A stretch of 64,000 nt of DNA from Leptolyngbyaceae cyanobacterium (GTDB lineage: Bacteria; Cyanobacteriota; Cyanobacteriia; Phormidesmidales; Phormidesmidaceae), in contig CBDHHL010000056.1 in the NCBI GenBank assembly GCA_965263355.1, forward strand, positions 2,336,001 to 2,400,000, in the 5' to 3' direction. Of this stretch, positions 49,815 through 60,173 are shown piece after piece. The notes under the pieces were generated by a model. It was not told where the DNA came from. It searched no databases and worked only from the letters and a program-made list of their open reading frames with translations. Made by a program: the position numbers and the translations under genes. The first letter of the stretch is position 1, and every line of letters begins with the position of its first letter.

Positions 49815-50747
49815 CTAAAAATCCAGGGGAGTCCCTGTTTGCGCTATGGACTGATAGGACTCTTGACGCATACCCGTAAGCGCCAAATGCTTTGGAACAT
49901 GAGTTTGGATAACATTCACAATCAAGACCAAAGAGCCTAACATCACAGCAGAATAAACATCCCCGCCCCAGCTTTCATGCAGCCAGTGAAAGGCTTCTGA
50001 CATGCTGTTGCCATGAAAGAAAGTCAAAATTGTATTACGGAGAATGTTACCGACCACGCTGACCATCACAATGCCAATGAAAAAGACTCCTGTTCGCAAT
50101 TTAGAGCGATATATTCCTGTCCAGTAGGTTAGTACTAATCCCATGTACAGGCTTGTAAAGAGCATCTTTAAACCAGCGCAATGGGGAGCAACTTCCACCA
50201 ACTGCTGATTCATGCTCAAATAAATGTTGTTGACTTCCACCTCATAGCCAAGGCCATGAAGAATAGTGCCTGCTACAGTTGCAATAAATCGCTGTAATGG
50301 CAAGATGTAAGGCTCAATCAAGTAGGGTAGCTGTGTAGGTGTGGAAAAAACTATCAAGATTAAGGGAAAGAGCATCAGCCGCAAACCTGCTGGGCCTTTG
50401 AGGCATAAAAGCAAGCCCGTTAGCATCAGAGGCAACGACAGATTGACCGCATCCATTACCCCACTGGCATAAAGAATAAATGCGATGACTAAACAGACAA
50501 TGCCGGACCACTGTAATTTATCCCCTAGCCGATGCCAAGCTTGGCGCTTATCCCAAACTAGTTTTAGCGCTAGAGGGATGCCGAGAATACCATGACTAAA
50601 GTACTCATGTTGAATACTGATGCCTTTGTTAAGCCAGCCATCCCAAACCCAGTGATAAAGCAAAGGACCATAGAGAATGACTAAGCCGCTAATGACTATC
50701 AGCTCAAGTGCCCATCTTGAAGATTTAGAGCGAGAAAGACTAATCAT
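49815..50747 (-). CDS. Cyanoexosortase B
   Basis: HEYFSHG, VAPHCAGLKML (catalytic Cys), NILRN (Arg), WLHE (His); multi-TM. Confidence 0.88.
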   Translation of the reverse strand: MISLSRSKSSRWALELIVISGLVILYGPLLYHWVWDGWLNKGISIQHEYFSHGILGIPLALKLVWDKRQAWHRLGDKLQWSGIVCLVIAFILYASGVMDAVNLSLPLMLTGLLLCLKGPAGLRLMLFPLILIVFSTPTQLPYLIEPYILPLQRFIATVAGTILHGLGYEVEVNNIYLSMNQQLVEVAPHCAGLKMLFTSLYMGLVLTYWTGIYRSKLRTGVFFIGIVMVSVVGNILRNTILTFFHGNSMSEAFHWLHESWGGDVYSAVMLGSLVLIVNVIQTHVPKHLALTGMRQESYQSIAQTGTPLDF

Positions 50748-50795
50748 AGTGGATACATTTCATAGTAGATATATTTGCTGCAGCATGAGATTGAG

Positions 50796-51953
50796 CTAGA
50801 TCAAAACTGGACAAGATTGAACCAATGCCGTAACAGTCTTTACGACATGCTCTAATTGCTCATCAGTCATGCCAGGATACATGGGCAACGATAAAATTTC
50901 TTGACTCAGTCGCTCAGCCCGAGGGAAATCGCCAGCCTGGTATCCTAAATTTTGAAACGCGGGCTGAAGATGACAGGGCACCGGATAGTGAATACCGGAC
51001 TGGATATCGTGGGCAGCCAGTTCCTGCTGGAGACGGGTACGATCAACCGGACAAGTGGACGTCAAACGGATAACGTAGAGATGATAGACATGACCACTAC
51101 CACTATGATTGACCATAGGTAATAGCCCTAGGCTCGCTAACGGTTTCAAAGCGTCGTCGTAGCGTCTGGCCAGTCGATTGCGATCGCAATTCCAAGCTGC
51201 TAGATGAGCTAGCTTAAGCTGTAGCACAGCTGCCTGGAGTGTATCAAGACGACTATTAGTTCCTCCAGGATCCGTATGGTAATACTTTTGTGTTGACCCA
51301 TAGTTGCGTAACGATCTCACCGTTTGTGCAACCACATCTTTCTGAGTAATTACCATGCCCCCATCGCCCATTGCACCCAAATTTTTGCTGGGATAGAAAC
51401 TAAACGCAGCTGCTAGCCCAACGCTACCAGCCGTCATTCCTTCCCGCTCAGCTCCATGGGCCTGGGCAGCATCTTCAAAAATAATCACATCGTAAGTTTC
51501 AGCCAGGTAACGTAATCCCTCAGGAGAGACCATCTGGCCATAAAGATGCACAGGAATAATTGCCCGTGTCCTGCAATTAATTGCCTTTTCGGCGGCGGCC
51601 AAGTCTATCAGTCCAGTGTCTAGATCGCAATCTACAAACACAGGAATTGCCCCTGCCTGCAGCACACCAATCAAGGTAGCGACAAAGGTATTGACTGGTA
51701 AAATCACTTGGTCTCCAGCTCCCACACCACAGGCTTGTAACCCCAGCGTCAAAGCATCAGTCCCAGAACCCACACCTACCCCATAAGAGGCATTGCAAAG
51801 AGCAGCAAATGCCTGCTCAAATTGGACCACTGCACTTCCCAATATGTAATCGCCTCGAGTAATCACAGCAGCCATGGCTGCCATTAACTCTGACTGTAAT
51901 GGACGATGCTGCTGAGATAGATCAACAAAGGGAACAAAGCATGAATTAGCCAT
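50796..51953 (-). CDS. DegT/DnrJ/EryC1/StrS aminotransferase
   Basis: PVHLYGQ, EDAAQAHG, SFYPSKNLGAMGDGG, NSRLD. Confidence 0.93.
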   Translation of the reverse strand: MANSCFVPFVDLSQQHRPLQSELMAAMAAVITRGDYILGSAVVQFEQAFAALCNASYGVGVGSGTDALTLGLQACGVGAGDQVILPVNTFVATLIGVLQAGAIPVFVDCDLDTGLIDLAAAEKAINCRTRAIIPVHLYGQMVSPEGLRYLAETYDVIIFEDAAQAHGAEREGMTAGSVGLAAAFSFYPSKNLGAMGDGGMVITQKDVVAQTVRSLRNYGSTQKYYHTDPGGTNSRLDTLQAAVLQLKLAHLAAWNCDRNRLARRYDDALKPLASLGLLPMVNHSGSGHVYHLYVIRLTSTCPVDRTRLQQELAAHDIQSGIHYPVPCHLQPAFQNLGYQAGDFPRAERLSQEILSLPMYPGMTDEQLEHVVKTVTALVQSCPVLI

Positions 51954-52273
51954 GGTGTGAAATTTCTAATGACATATTGGCAATTGCTCCCACTGTAGTG
52001 ACTAACAGAGGTTAAATAGAGTGGCTGCCATTGACTAAATATTGCCCAGTCAAAGCCGAGTAACACCTGAGCAGCAGCAATTCTATCCAACCACACCTGC
52101 TGATACGGCTACAAAAGTTTAGAGACACTTTAAATAACCCTAATCTTAGTTTCTCTTGTTAATTTGAGTCTTGGGCATCCCTAGCACGTAAAGTCTCTAT
52201 GAAGCTTATCGAATAACTTCGTCTCTGCTTCAGAATTGACGATGGTCGTTTCTAACGTATTTCTCTTCACAGT

Positions 52274-52603
52274 ATGGATATTAAGACAGCTCGACAGGTA
52301 GTGATAACTCAAGCGGATTTGACCCTACCCGATTCATTTTTGGCACGCCTACAGCAGCAACAACCGCCAGTGCCTGGACAAGTCACTGCGCTATTGCTGG
52401 CCTTAAAAACGGTGATGGAAAATCTCAAAACTGCTGAAAATCTAGAACGCAGCTTAGTCTATGCCCTACATCAGCTAGCCTATGGAGGTCGTCAGTTCTA
52501 TGAGCACGGCAAACTTGCAAAGGTAGAATGGCCACCATTGTTAGATGCTGATATTGAACGAATTGCGATCGCAACCGCCAAAATTTTTAAGGGCGATGTG
52601 TAA
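52274..52603 (+). CDS. Conserved cyanobacterial hypothetical protein
   Basis: QQPPVPGQVTALLLALK and WPPLL motifs of a small cyanobacterial family. Confidence 0.75.
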   Translation: MDIKTARQVVITQADLTLPDSFLARLQQQQPPVPGQVTALLLALKTVMENLKTAENLERSLVYALHQLAYGGRQFYEHGKLAKVEWPPLLDADIERIAIATAKIFKGDV

Positions 52604-52620
52604 ATTTGAATTATCTCGCC

Positions 52621-53235
52621 TCATCTCTTGGTCGCAATACCCCGATAAAAATAACCAATCAGCTTAGGTAAATCGTTGGCGTAAAACTCCTGCAATTCGA
52701 CCTGGTCAAAAACCGCCTCAATCAAATTCGCCATAGGTCGATCTAAATGACAGCCATCAGCAATCCGGCGCTGCAATGGCGTAATCCGACGCTGCCAAAT
52801 ACCTATCCCTGGGTCAGGACTAAGACCGTGCTCGATAAAGAAAAATTTGCCCCCCGGCTTGAGCACTCGATAAACTTCATGGAGGGCTATTTCAATATTC
52901 GTAATACTGCATAGGGTCCAGGTACAAACTACCGCATCAAACATTGCCGCTGCCATGGGGAGTGACTCAGCACTGGCCATTTGTAACCTGATATCTATGC
53001 CTGAGGCTTGTATGCGCGGGGTTGAGAGCGCAGCCATGCCATCATTGGGATCAATTGCCGTCAGCATAGTCACTCCATCACCGTAGTAAGGTACATTCAA
53101 CCCCGTACCAAAACCAATTTCTAATACCTGACCCTCAACAGACTGCAAAAGCAACTGACGATAACCACTCAATTCCTGACCAGACATCGTCAAGTCCAGT
53201 AAGCGAGGGAAAATCAACCGTGAATAAATGCCCAT
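52621..53235 (-). CDS. Class I SAM-dependent methyltransferase
   Basis: VLEIGFGTG, FDAVVCTWTLCS, RVLKPGG, GCHLDR. Confidence 0.9.
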   Translation of the reverse strand: MGIYSRLIFPRLLDLTMSGQELSGYRQLLLQSVEGQVLEIGFGTGLNVPYYGDGVTMLTAIDPNDGMAALSTPRIQASGIDIRLQMASAESLPMAAAMFDAVVCTWTLCSITNIEIALHEVYRVLKPGGKFFFIEHGLSPDPGIGIWQRRITPLQRRIADGCHLDRPMANLIEAVFDQVELQEFYANDLPKLIGYFYRGIATKR

Positions 53236-53355
53236 TAGCTACCATCCCAAAACTTCCGCTGATGCTTTCCCAAGCAGCCCTAAACACATCGAGTCTACTG
53301 ACCTAGCCTAAATAGTAGTATCTTGTTGACTCCACCGCTTATCACCAAAGACTCT

Positions 53356-54279
53356 ATGGATTCACTGAAGGGACGGGATCTGCTTAGCATGGCAGATTTA
53401 ACTAGTGCAGAACTAAATGAACTCTTGGAACTCGCCGCAAAACTCAAGGCAGGAACCAAGCAGCCCCAATGCCTCAATAAAGTCCTGGGACTAGTGTTTT
53501 CCAAGGCCTCTACTCGCACCCGTGTCAGCTTTTCAGTAGCCATGTATCAACTAAGAGGCCAAGTCCTTGATCTAAATGCTAGTGTTACCCAAGTGGGGCG
53601 TGGAGAACCGACTGCAGATACCGCCAGAGTCCTCTCTCGTTATCTGGATGTAGTCGCCATTCGCACCTTTCAACAATCTGAAATCGAGGAGTTTGCAGCT
53701 TATGCATCAATTCCTGTGATTAATGCCCTGACAGATCTAGAACATCCCTGTCAGATTTTGGCAGACCTGCTCACGCTTCGAGAAACGTTTGGTCACTTAG
53801 AAAACTTAACCATGTCTTATCTGGGCGATGGCAATAATGTCGCCAACTCGCTGATGCTGGGCTGTGCCTTGGCAGGGGTAAATATTCGAGTAGCGACACC
53901 CGATGGATACGCCCCCGAGAAAGCCATCATTGACCAGGCAGTCGCCCTTAGCCAAGGACGTAGCGATGTGATTGTCACCACTGACCCTAAAGCAGCCGTC
54001 CAAGGTAGCCATGCTCTCTATACCGATGTTTGGGCCAGTATGGGAGAAGAATCTGAGGCAGCACTCAGAATTCCCAAATTTCAGCCCTACCAAATTAATC
54101 AGTCAATGCTTGATTTGGCAGATAAGCAAGCCATTGTCCTTCACTGCCTACCAGCCCATCGTGGCGAAGAGATTAGCCATGATGTTATGGAAGGCCCCCA
54201 ATCTCGTATTTGGGACCAAGCTGAAAATCGTCTCCATGCTCAAAAGGCTTTACTGACAGCTATTCTGAGCCCGCATTAA
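53356..54279 (+). CDS. argF: Ornithine carbamoyltransferase
   Basis: KASTRTR, HPCQ, TDVWASMG, HCLP, QAENR. Confidence 0.96.
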   Translation: MDSLKGRDLLSMADLTSAELNELLELAAKLKAGTKQPQCLNKVLGLVFSKASTRTRVSFSVAMYQLRGQVLDLNASVTQVGRGEPTADTARVLSRYLDVVAIRTFQQSEIEEFAAYASIPVINALTDLEHPCQILADLLTLRETFGHLENLTMSYLGDGNNVANSLMLGCALAGVNIRVATPDGYAPEKAIIDQAVALSQGRSDVIVTTDPKAAVQGSHALYTDVWASMGEESEAALRIPKFQPYQINQSMLDLADKQAIVLHCLPAHRGEEISHDVMEGPQSRIWDQAENRLHAQKALLTAILSPH

Positions 54280-55126
54280 GCCAGACCAGAATAGTCAAAC
54301 AACTTAAAATGAATACCCCTAAGGCCCCAGATAAAGGATTGCCATGGATACCGGTTACCCACTCAGGGACATTACCTGACGGTACAACTAAATCTGCTAC
54401 ATCAATGATGTAATAGCCCCAGATTAAGCCTCCATGAAAGCCCATCGGCAAACCTAAACTGGTAAACGGACGCCTATGAGACAACCACCGACAGAGATGG
54501 ATATAGCGGCTACTGCCCAAAATCAGCCCGAGCAAAAGTAGCCCTAAAAACTGAGGAGAGGTGCTAATTATTTCGGGCAACGGTTTAATAAAATGAGCCG
54601 CAGCAAAAAGCACACTACTCCAGAAAATAGCTTTAGGCCGAGGTAGGTCTATTTCCAATTCAGTTTGCAACCATCCACGAAATAGCAACTCCTCTGCAAA
54701 CCCAAACGCCAAGCCTATGACTAAGCCTTCTAGCGCAACCTTAATGAGTGGCTGCGGATAAAAGCTAGCCCAGCCCGCAAAAATTTCTAATCCAAATAGA
54801 AGACATACCAAGCTAAAGCCACCAATGAGTGCCAATACTAGATCACGAAAAAATCGTCTGCAGAGGACTAAACCATAGGCCTGGAAAGGATTATGCAAAG
54901 CATGTCCCCAGTAACTCCAACACCAAGCATGGGCAATAAAACATCCATATAGCATGATTAAAGCCAATGCGTTAGTGACATTGGAGCGGCCACTCCAATA
55001 ACCAATGCCATAGAAGATAAATGAAAATGGAGCCCATATTACTAACAATGTCGTCAAAAAAACGACAATTCGCCAAATCAATGGAATATGAGTCAAACGC
55101 TGATATAGCTTGGCCCACGTTATCAT
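54260..55126 (-). CDS. CPBP (Abi/CAAX) intramembrane protease
   Basis: AEELLFRG, FAAAH, GFHGG motifs; multi-TM. Confidence 0.88.
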   Translation of the reverse strand: MITWAKLYQRLTHIPLIWRIVVFLTTLLVIWAPFSFIFYGIGYWSGRSNVTNALALIMLYGCFIAHAWCWSYWGHALHNPFQAYGLVLCRRFFRDLVLALIGGFSLVCLLFGLEIFAGWASFYPQPLIKVALEGLVIGLAFGFAEELLFRGWLQTELEIDLPRPKAIFWSSVLFAAAHFIKPLPEIISTSPQFLGLLLLGLILGSSRYIHLCRWLSHRRPFTSLGLPMGFHGGLIWGYYIIDVADLVVPSGNVPEWVTGIHGNPLSGALGVFILSCLTILVWLNAGSE

Positions 55127-55180
55127 TTTGGATTAATGGGCCATGGCCGAATATAAGAGGAATCTAACCTCGACTGTTTT

Positions 55181-55471
55181 TTACTCATCCGGCTCAATGG
55201 TACTTGTGAGCCCCTTAGACCGTAGCATTTCACTGTAAAACTCAGCATGCTCTAACTCACAAACAATAACTAGCCCTACTCCTGAATTATGAGCCTGCAT
55301 CATAATATCAACTGCCTGTGGCACTGAGAGGCTAGGGACAGTCTTTACCAAAGACTCCACAACATACTCCATGGAGTTGAAATCATCGTTATGCAATAAC
55401 ACCCGATAGCGGGGAGCATGCTGCCGCTTATTGGACGTAACTGTTTTTTCAATTGTCCCAGTAGACACCAT
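55181..55471 (-). CDS. clpS: ATP-dependent Clp protease adaptor ClpS
   Basis: YRVLLHNDDFNSMEYVV, MMQAHNSG, TIEP; ATG at 55471. Confidence 0.95.
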   Translation of the reverse strand: MVSTGTIEKTVTSNKRQHAPRYRVLLHNDDFNSMEYVVESLVKTVPSLSVPQAVDIMMQAHNSGVGLVIVCELEHAEFYSEMLRSKGLTSTIEPDE

Positions 55472-55872
55472 GGTCTTATTACCCGTTAAATCAAGCAAAG
55501 TTAATTTCAGACAAAGACTAATCTGAAGACAAGCCCCAAATATAAACTACGCACACTGTTTTTAATTTTAACCAGAACTTATCTCAAAACCCAGACATAA
55601 ACCTCTAAATAGACATCAGATAAGGGATTGCCAATCTGAGCCAATTTCAGCAAGCTTAAAAAGCAACAAATAAATAATTTAAGTAAATGTTTCTAAACAC
55701 GCTTAGTGGTAGCTTATTAGCTAATTTAACAAAAATTGAACTTTTGCATCTTATTTCATTCCGCCACGTGGCCACATAATCAAAAGTCCTTTTCTTTCAA
55801 GGGATTGGGGACATAATCCCCATGAAATCACTGACCTATATCCGTTTGTTTAATTGAAACTTTTTTTTCAAA

Positions 55873-56304
55873 ATGGTTACCATAACTCCCGGACAAATTG
55901 TTTACCTTGAGTGCTTGGACCAGCGTCTCTACGCTGAAGCCATCCAGTTAGCTGGATCTGTGCGCTTGTGGTGTCGGCCTTTAATGCTGGTATGTCATCT
56001 CCCCTATGGCTCTCGTCAACAACAAATGATGATTGCCGAAGCTGCAACTGATCCTGAAACCTGCAACTTGGACCTTTATGACCTTAAAACGGCTCCTGAC
56101 CTAGTTTGGCCCATCAATCGATTCAAACTGGCCTTTGACACCGACTTTTTTGCCCTGCTATTCCACTTACGCATTGCTGAGGATAGGGGGAACGACAAAT
56201 TGGCAAAACAGCATTTTCAAAACTTTGTGCACATATGCTGGAACCATAGAAGCCTTGATGACGATACGCCTCAATCATCTACAAAGTTAGTTTCAATCCG
56301 GTGA
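55873..56304 (+). CDS. Conserved cyanobacterial hypothetical protein
   Basis: GQIVYLE, LYAEAIQ, WCRPLML, DLVWP pattern. Confidence 0.7.
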   Translation: MVTITPGQIVYLECLDQRLYAEAIQLAGSVRLWCRPLMLVCHLPYGSRQQQMMIAEAATDPETCNLDLYDLKTAPDLVWPINRFKLAFDTDFFALLFHLRIAEDRGNDKLAKQHFQNFVHICWNHRSLDDDTPQSSTKLVSIR

Positions 56305-56320
56305 AGTCTTACAAGAGCGA

Positions 56321-56515
56321 CTATCGAACCGTTGGAACTAACTGAATACGTCCTTCATCCATTTCACTCATGAGTAATTCAAGGGCTTCATAGTCAACTT
56401 CTGAAATGTAGCCCAAACGAGAAAGTTCAGAATTAATTTGTTCTTCAATATCAGGAGTGAGCCGCTTTGTATAAAGAGCTTTCTCTACCAGTTGGCGAAT
56501 GGCAAACGAGTGCAT
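56321..56515 (-). CDS. Small conserved hypothetical protein
   Basis: 64 aa; IRQLVEKAL...LTPDIE...DYEALELLM; protein-like composition. Confidence 0.7.
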   Translation of the reverse strand: MHSFAIRQLVEKALYTKRLTPDIEEQINSELSRLGYISEVDYEALELLMSEMDEGRIQLVPTVR

Positions 56516-56873
56516 GGTGGCTTCAGCAAGCTTTCAATCAATATTTGCATCCCAAGGAGCATTGCCTATCTGGAATAGGTTCACTCCTCTTTGGGGTTAT
56601 CTCAAGTGAAACTGCTGAAATTAGCAACCTCAGTGATCCGCATCACTAAACATTAGAGCCCATCAGCTGCACCATCAACGGGGTAGCATCTGATACCGTT
56701 TGGAAGCCGGACTTTCTAGAAACTTCAAAGAATTGGACCACACATTAAGATTCCGCAAATAGCCGTTAGGTATCTGGGCAAGCTGAACTTCACACGTTAG
56801 CTTCGAGAATATATGGAAAGGTCGTGGTCCAAAACTTACATTTCAATCTAATCAAACTGATAGGAGACAGATT

Positions 56874-57194
56874 ATGAGTAGTGTTGAAACATCAGTAACA
56901 ATTGTGCGGCCTGCAGGCGCTCTAACATCCGCTACAGTTGATGCTTTTATGCAAGAGATGTTAAATGCAATCACATCTGACAATGCCAACGAGGTAGCCA
57001 TTGATATGGCAGCTGTGGACAGTGTGGATAATTCTGGGCTTTTGGCCCTAATGGCCGGGTGCGATACTGCTAAGCGCCATCGTAAGCGTTTGAGTCTATG
57101 TGATGTTGCCCCCCCAGTACGCATTGTGTGTGAGCTGGCACAGATTGATCGAGCGGTAGCGATGGTAGACAGTCAAAAGTTACAGGCTGCTTAA
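56874..57194 (+). CDS. STAS-domain anti-sigma factor antagonist
   Basis: AGGAG RBS; IDMAAVDSVDNSGL and VRIVCELAQID STAS pattern. Confidence 0.85.
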   Translation: MSSVETSVTIVRPAGALTSATVDAFMQEMLNAITSDNANEVAIDMAAVDSVDNSGLLALMAGCDTAKRHRKRLSLCDVAPPVRIVCELAQIDRAVAMVDSQKLQAA

Positions 57195-57273
57195 CCGTTA
57201 TCTCTAGAGAGGTCATTCCTGCCCCCTTTAACGACCGCAACCAATTCTTTTGATGAGGCTTTATAGGTTTTAG

Positions 57274-57327
57274 CGACTACAGGCGAACAGGCCAGCCTAA
57301 CTACCCTGTTCGCCTGTAGTCGTTTTT
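57274..57327 (+). terminator. Long perfect hairpin with a T-tract
   Basis: CGACTACAGGCGAACAGG (57274-57291) / CCTGTTCGCCTGTAGTCG (57305-57322) followed by TTTTT. Confidence 0.7.
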
Positions 57328-57424
57328 GGCTGATGCTGAACACCTTTCTAGGTAGCTGAGTGGTGGCATTCGAGAGTGATTAGAATCAGCTATAGTTTAT
57401 GTCTGAGTTGCTTTTTTCCTCGCC

Positions 57425-60136
57425 GTGGCTATCGCTGTAAACCAACTGATTACCCCAGATATTGCTCGTCCTGCTCGCTACTTAGGGAATGAGTTGGGGG
57501 CAATTCATAAAGCATGGGAAACTGCCACAATTCGCTGGGTCCTGACCTATCCAGAAATTTATGAAGTAGGCGCTTCAAACTTGGGGCATATCATCCTCTA
57601 TAGCATTATCAATCAGCAGCCTAGACAGCTTTGCGATCGCGCCTACCTCCCCGGCCCAGATCTGGCCCAAAAACTAACAGCAAGCAACACCCCTCTGTTT
57701 GCTGTTGAAGCACGACGACCGCTGACTGACTTCGATATTTTGGGTTTTAGCCTCAGTTATGAACTGGGTGCCACTAATATTTTAGAAATGCTAACTCTGG
57801 CAGGTATTCCCTTAACCTGGCAAGAACGTATAAGCGATGGCCCTTGGAATACATCTAGCTGGCCCATGATTTTTGCAGGTGGCCAAACCGCCACCTCTAA
57901 CCCTGAACCCTACGCCGATTTTTTTGACTTTATCGCCCTAGGAGACGGCGAAGAACTATTACCAGAAATTGGCTTAGTGCTTGAAGAAGGCAAAGCTGTA
58001 GGCATGACTCGTCAGGAAATTTTGTTGGATCTGGCTCAGGTCCCTGGCGTTTATGTACCCCAGCTTTATGACATGGCTGATGACGGATCGGTCCATCCTA
58101 ATCGCAGTGATATTCCTAAACGCATTCTCCGCCGCGTCGCCACCCCAATGCCTGACTATGCTATCGGGTTAGTCCCCCATGTACAAACCGTTCACGATCG
58201 TCTAACCATTGAAATTCGACGCGGCTGTACCCGAGGCTGTCGGTTTTGTCAGCCGGGTATGTTGACCCGACCAGCCCGAGATGTCGCTCCAGCAGATGTG
58301 ATCGATACAATCGAACGGGGTATGCAAGCAACGGGCTATAACGAATTTTCATTGCTTTCCTTAAGCTGCTCAGATTACTTAGCTCTGCCTGCTGTTGGTG
58401 TAGAAGTCAAAAACCGACTCAAGAACTACAACGTTTCTCTTTCATTACCCAGTCAACGGGTTGACCGTTTTGACGAAAATATTGCCCATATCGTTGGTGG
58501 CACTCGCAAAACAGGACTGACTTTTGCGCCTGAAGCCGGTACCCAACGGATGCGGGACATCATCAATAAAGGCCTGACAAATGAAGAACTGCTGAGCGGT
58601 GTCAAAACGGCCTATGAACAAGGGTGGGATAAGGTCAAACTCTATTTCATGATTGGTCTACCCGGCGAAACTGACGCTGATGTACTTGGCATTGCTGAAA
58701 CTATCCATTGGCTGCGTCAGGAGTGCCATACCAAAGGGCGTCGATCATTAAATTTTAACATTACAGTCTCTAATTTCACCCCTAAGCCACACACCCCTTT
58801 TCAGTGGCATTCCGTCTCCACCAGTGAGTTTGAACGCAAACAAGACATACTCCGCGAGGCATTCCGTTCTATTCGTGGCGTTAAGGTAAACTTCACAGAC
58901 GTTCGAATTTCTGCCATGGAAGACTTTATCGGTCGGGGCGATCGACGCCTAGCCCCGGTAGTACGCCGCGCATGGGAACTGGGCGCAGGCATGGATGCCT
59001 GGTGGGAAAGTTTAGAACGAGCCTTTAATGCTTGGACCCAAGCTATTGATGATGCCGGATTAACCTGGAAGTACCGTCAGGTGGAACGGGGGGAATGGAA
59101 TCTAGGTGAGTCATTGGAACAATCCAACAACGAACAGCTAGACAACCAGCAGGCAAACAGTTTTGACCATTGGAAAACAGCCATGGATGCTCCCTTACCC
59201 TGGGACCATTTGGATACGGGGATCGATAAGCATTGGCTTCAGGAAGAGCTACGTCGTGCCCTGGCAGCAGCAGTGGTTCCCGACTGTTCATTTGCAAGCT
59301 GCTCTCATTGTGGCGTATGCGGTACTGATTTTGGCCACAATGTTGTGATCCCTCCATTACCCATACCCACCTTTGAGGGACATGGTAAACCTTGCTCTGA
59401 GAGAGTTCAGAGGCTACGTATTACCCTTGGAAAATTAGGGGATATGGCTTTGATTGGTCATCTGGATTTAGCCAGAATGCTGGACCGCGCCGTTCGCCGT
59501 GCTGCCTTACCAATTTCATTTACCGGTGGCTACCATCCTGGCCCCCGCATAGCCCCTGCCAATGCTTTACCACTCGGAGCCACAAGTACAGGAGAGGTGG
59601 TTGACTTTGAACTAACTGAAACTATGGATATTGCTGACTTTAAACAGCAATTGCAGAGGCAGCTATCGGACACCCTACCTATCTACGGTGTTCAAGTAGT
59701 CGATCTCAAAGCCCCATCAGCTACTAAAGCCCTAGCTCAGGCTGACTACTTATTGGCAATCACAGCCCAACAGGGGGAGGATGACATTCCTTGGGAAGCT
59801 TGGATTGATCAGATCCTAGCTACGGATGAAATCTTGGATATTCACACCACTAAATCTGGCAAGGTTAAACAGATTGATTTGAGAGCACGCCTTCATAGCC
59901 TAGAAATCGTTTATGCATTGCCCGCTCATTTGCCTGCAAGCGTTATCCATAAACTCACGACTACTGGTGATGTAGTGATTCGATATATAGGTAGCTGTCG
60001 AAATGATGGCAATATGCTCCGGCCTGAACAGATGTTGCATATGCTAGAAAAGCAACAGGGAGGAACCAAAACGGCTTCACTGTTATTAGGACATGTGCAT
60101 CGTCAACAGTTAATTCTGGATGAAGTTACGAGCTAA
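57425..60136 (+). CDS. TIGR03960-family radical SAM protein fused to a TIGR03936/DUF2344 domain
   Basis: PARYLGNE, RGCTRGCRFC, TFAPEAGT, CSHCGVC, HLDLARMLDRAVRRA. Confidence 0.9.
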   Translation: MAIAVNQLITPDIARPARYLGNELGAIHKAWETATIRWVLTYPEIYEVGASNLGHIILYSIINQQPRQLCDRAYLPGPDLAQKLTASNTPLFAVEARRPLTDFDILGFSLSYELGATNILEMLTLAGIPLTWQERISDGPWNTSSWPMIFAGGQTATSNPEPYADFFDFIALGDGEELLPEIGLVLEEGKAVGMTRQEILLDLAQVPGVYVPQLYDMADDGSVHPNRSDIPKRILRRVATPMPDYAIGLVPHVQTVHDRLTIEIRRGCTRGCRFCQPGMLTRPARDVAPADVIDTIERGMQATGYNEFSLLSLSCSDYLALPAVGVEVKNRLKNYNVSLSLPSQRVDRFDENIAHIVGGTRKTGLTFAPEAGTQRMRDIINKGLTNEELLSGVKTAYEQGWDKVKLYFMIGLPGETDADVLGIAETIHWLRQECHTKGRRSLNFNITVSNFTPKPHTPFQWHSVSTSEFERKQDILREAFRSIRGVKVNFTDVRISAMEDFIGRGDRRLAPVVRRAWELGAGMDAWWESLERAFNAWTQAIDDAGLTWKYRQVERGEWNLGESLEQSNNEQLDNQQANSFDHWKTAMDAPLPWDHLDTGIDKHWLQEELRRALAAAVVPDCSFASCSHCGVCGTDFGHNVVIPPLPIPTFEGHGKPCSERVQRLRITLGKLGDMALIGHLDLARMLDRAVRRAALPISFTGGYHPGPRIAPANALPLGATSTGEVVDFELTETMDIADFKQQLQRQLSDTLPIYGVQVVDLKAPSATKALAQADYLLAITAQQGEDDIPWEAWIDQILATDEILDIHTTKSGKVKQIDLRARLHSLEIVYALPAHLPASVIHKLTTTGDVVIRYIGSCRNDGNMLRPEQMLHMLEKQQGGTKTASLLLGHVHRQQLILDEVTS

Positions 60137-60173
60137 GGCTGTGTCACACTAGTTCATTGTCGACTCTGTCACC

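Noticed and set aside
54260..55126. Abi-family protein as a phage abortive-infection system
   Set aside because: It is a CPBP/CAAX protease in the usual clpS neighbourhood; the Abi label does not imply defence.
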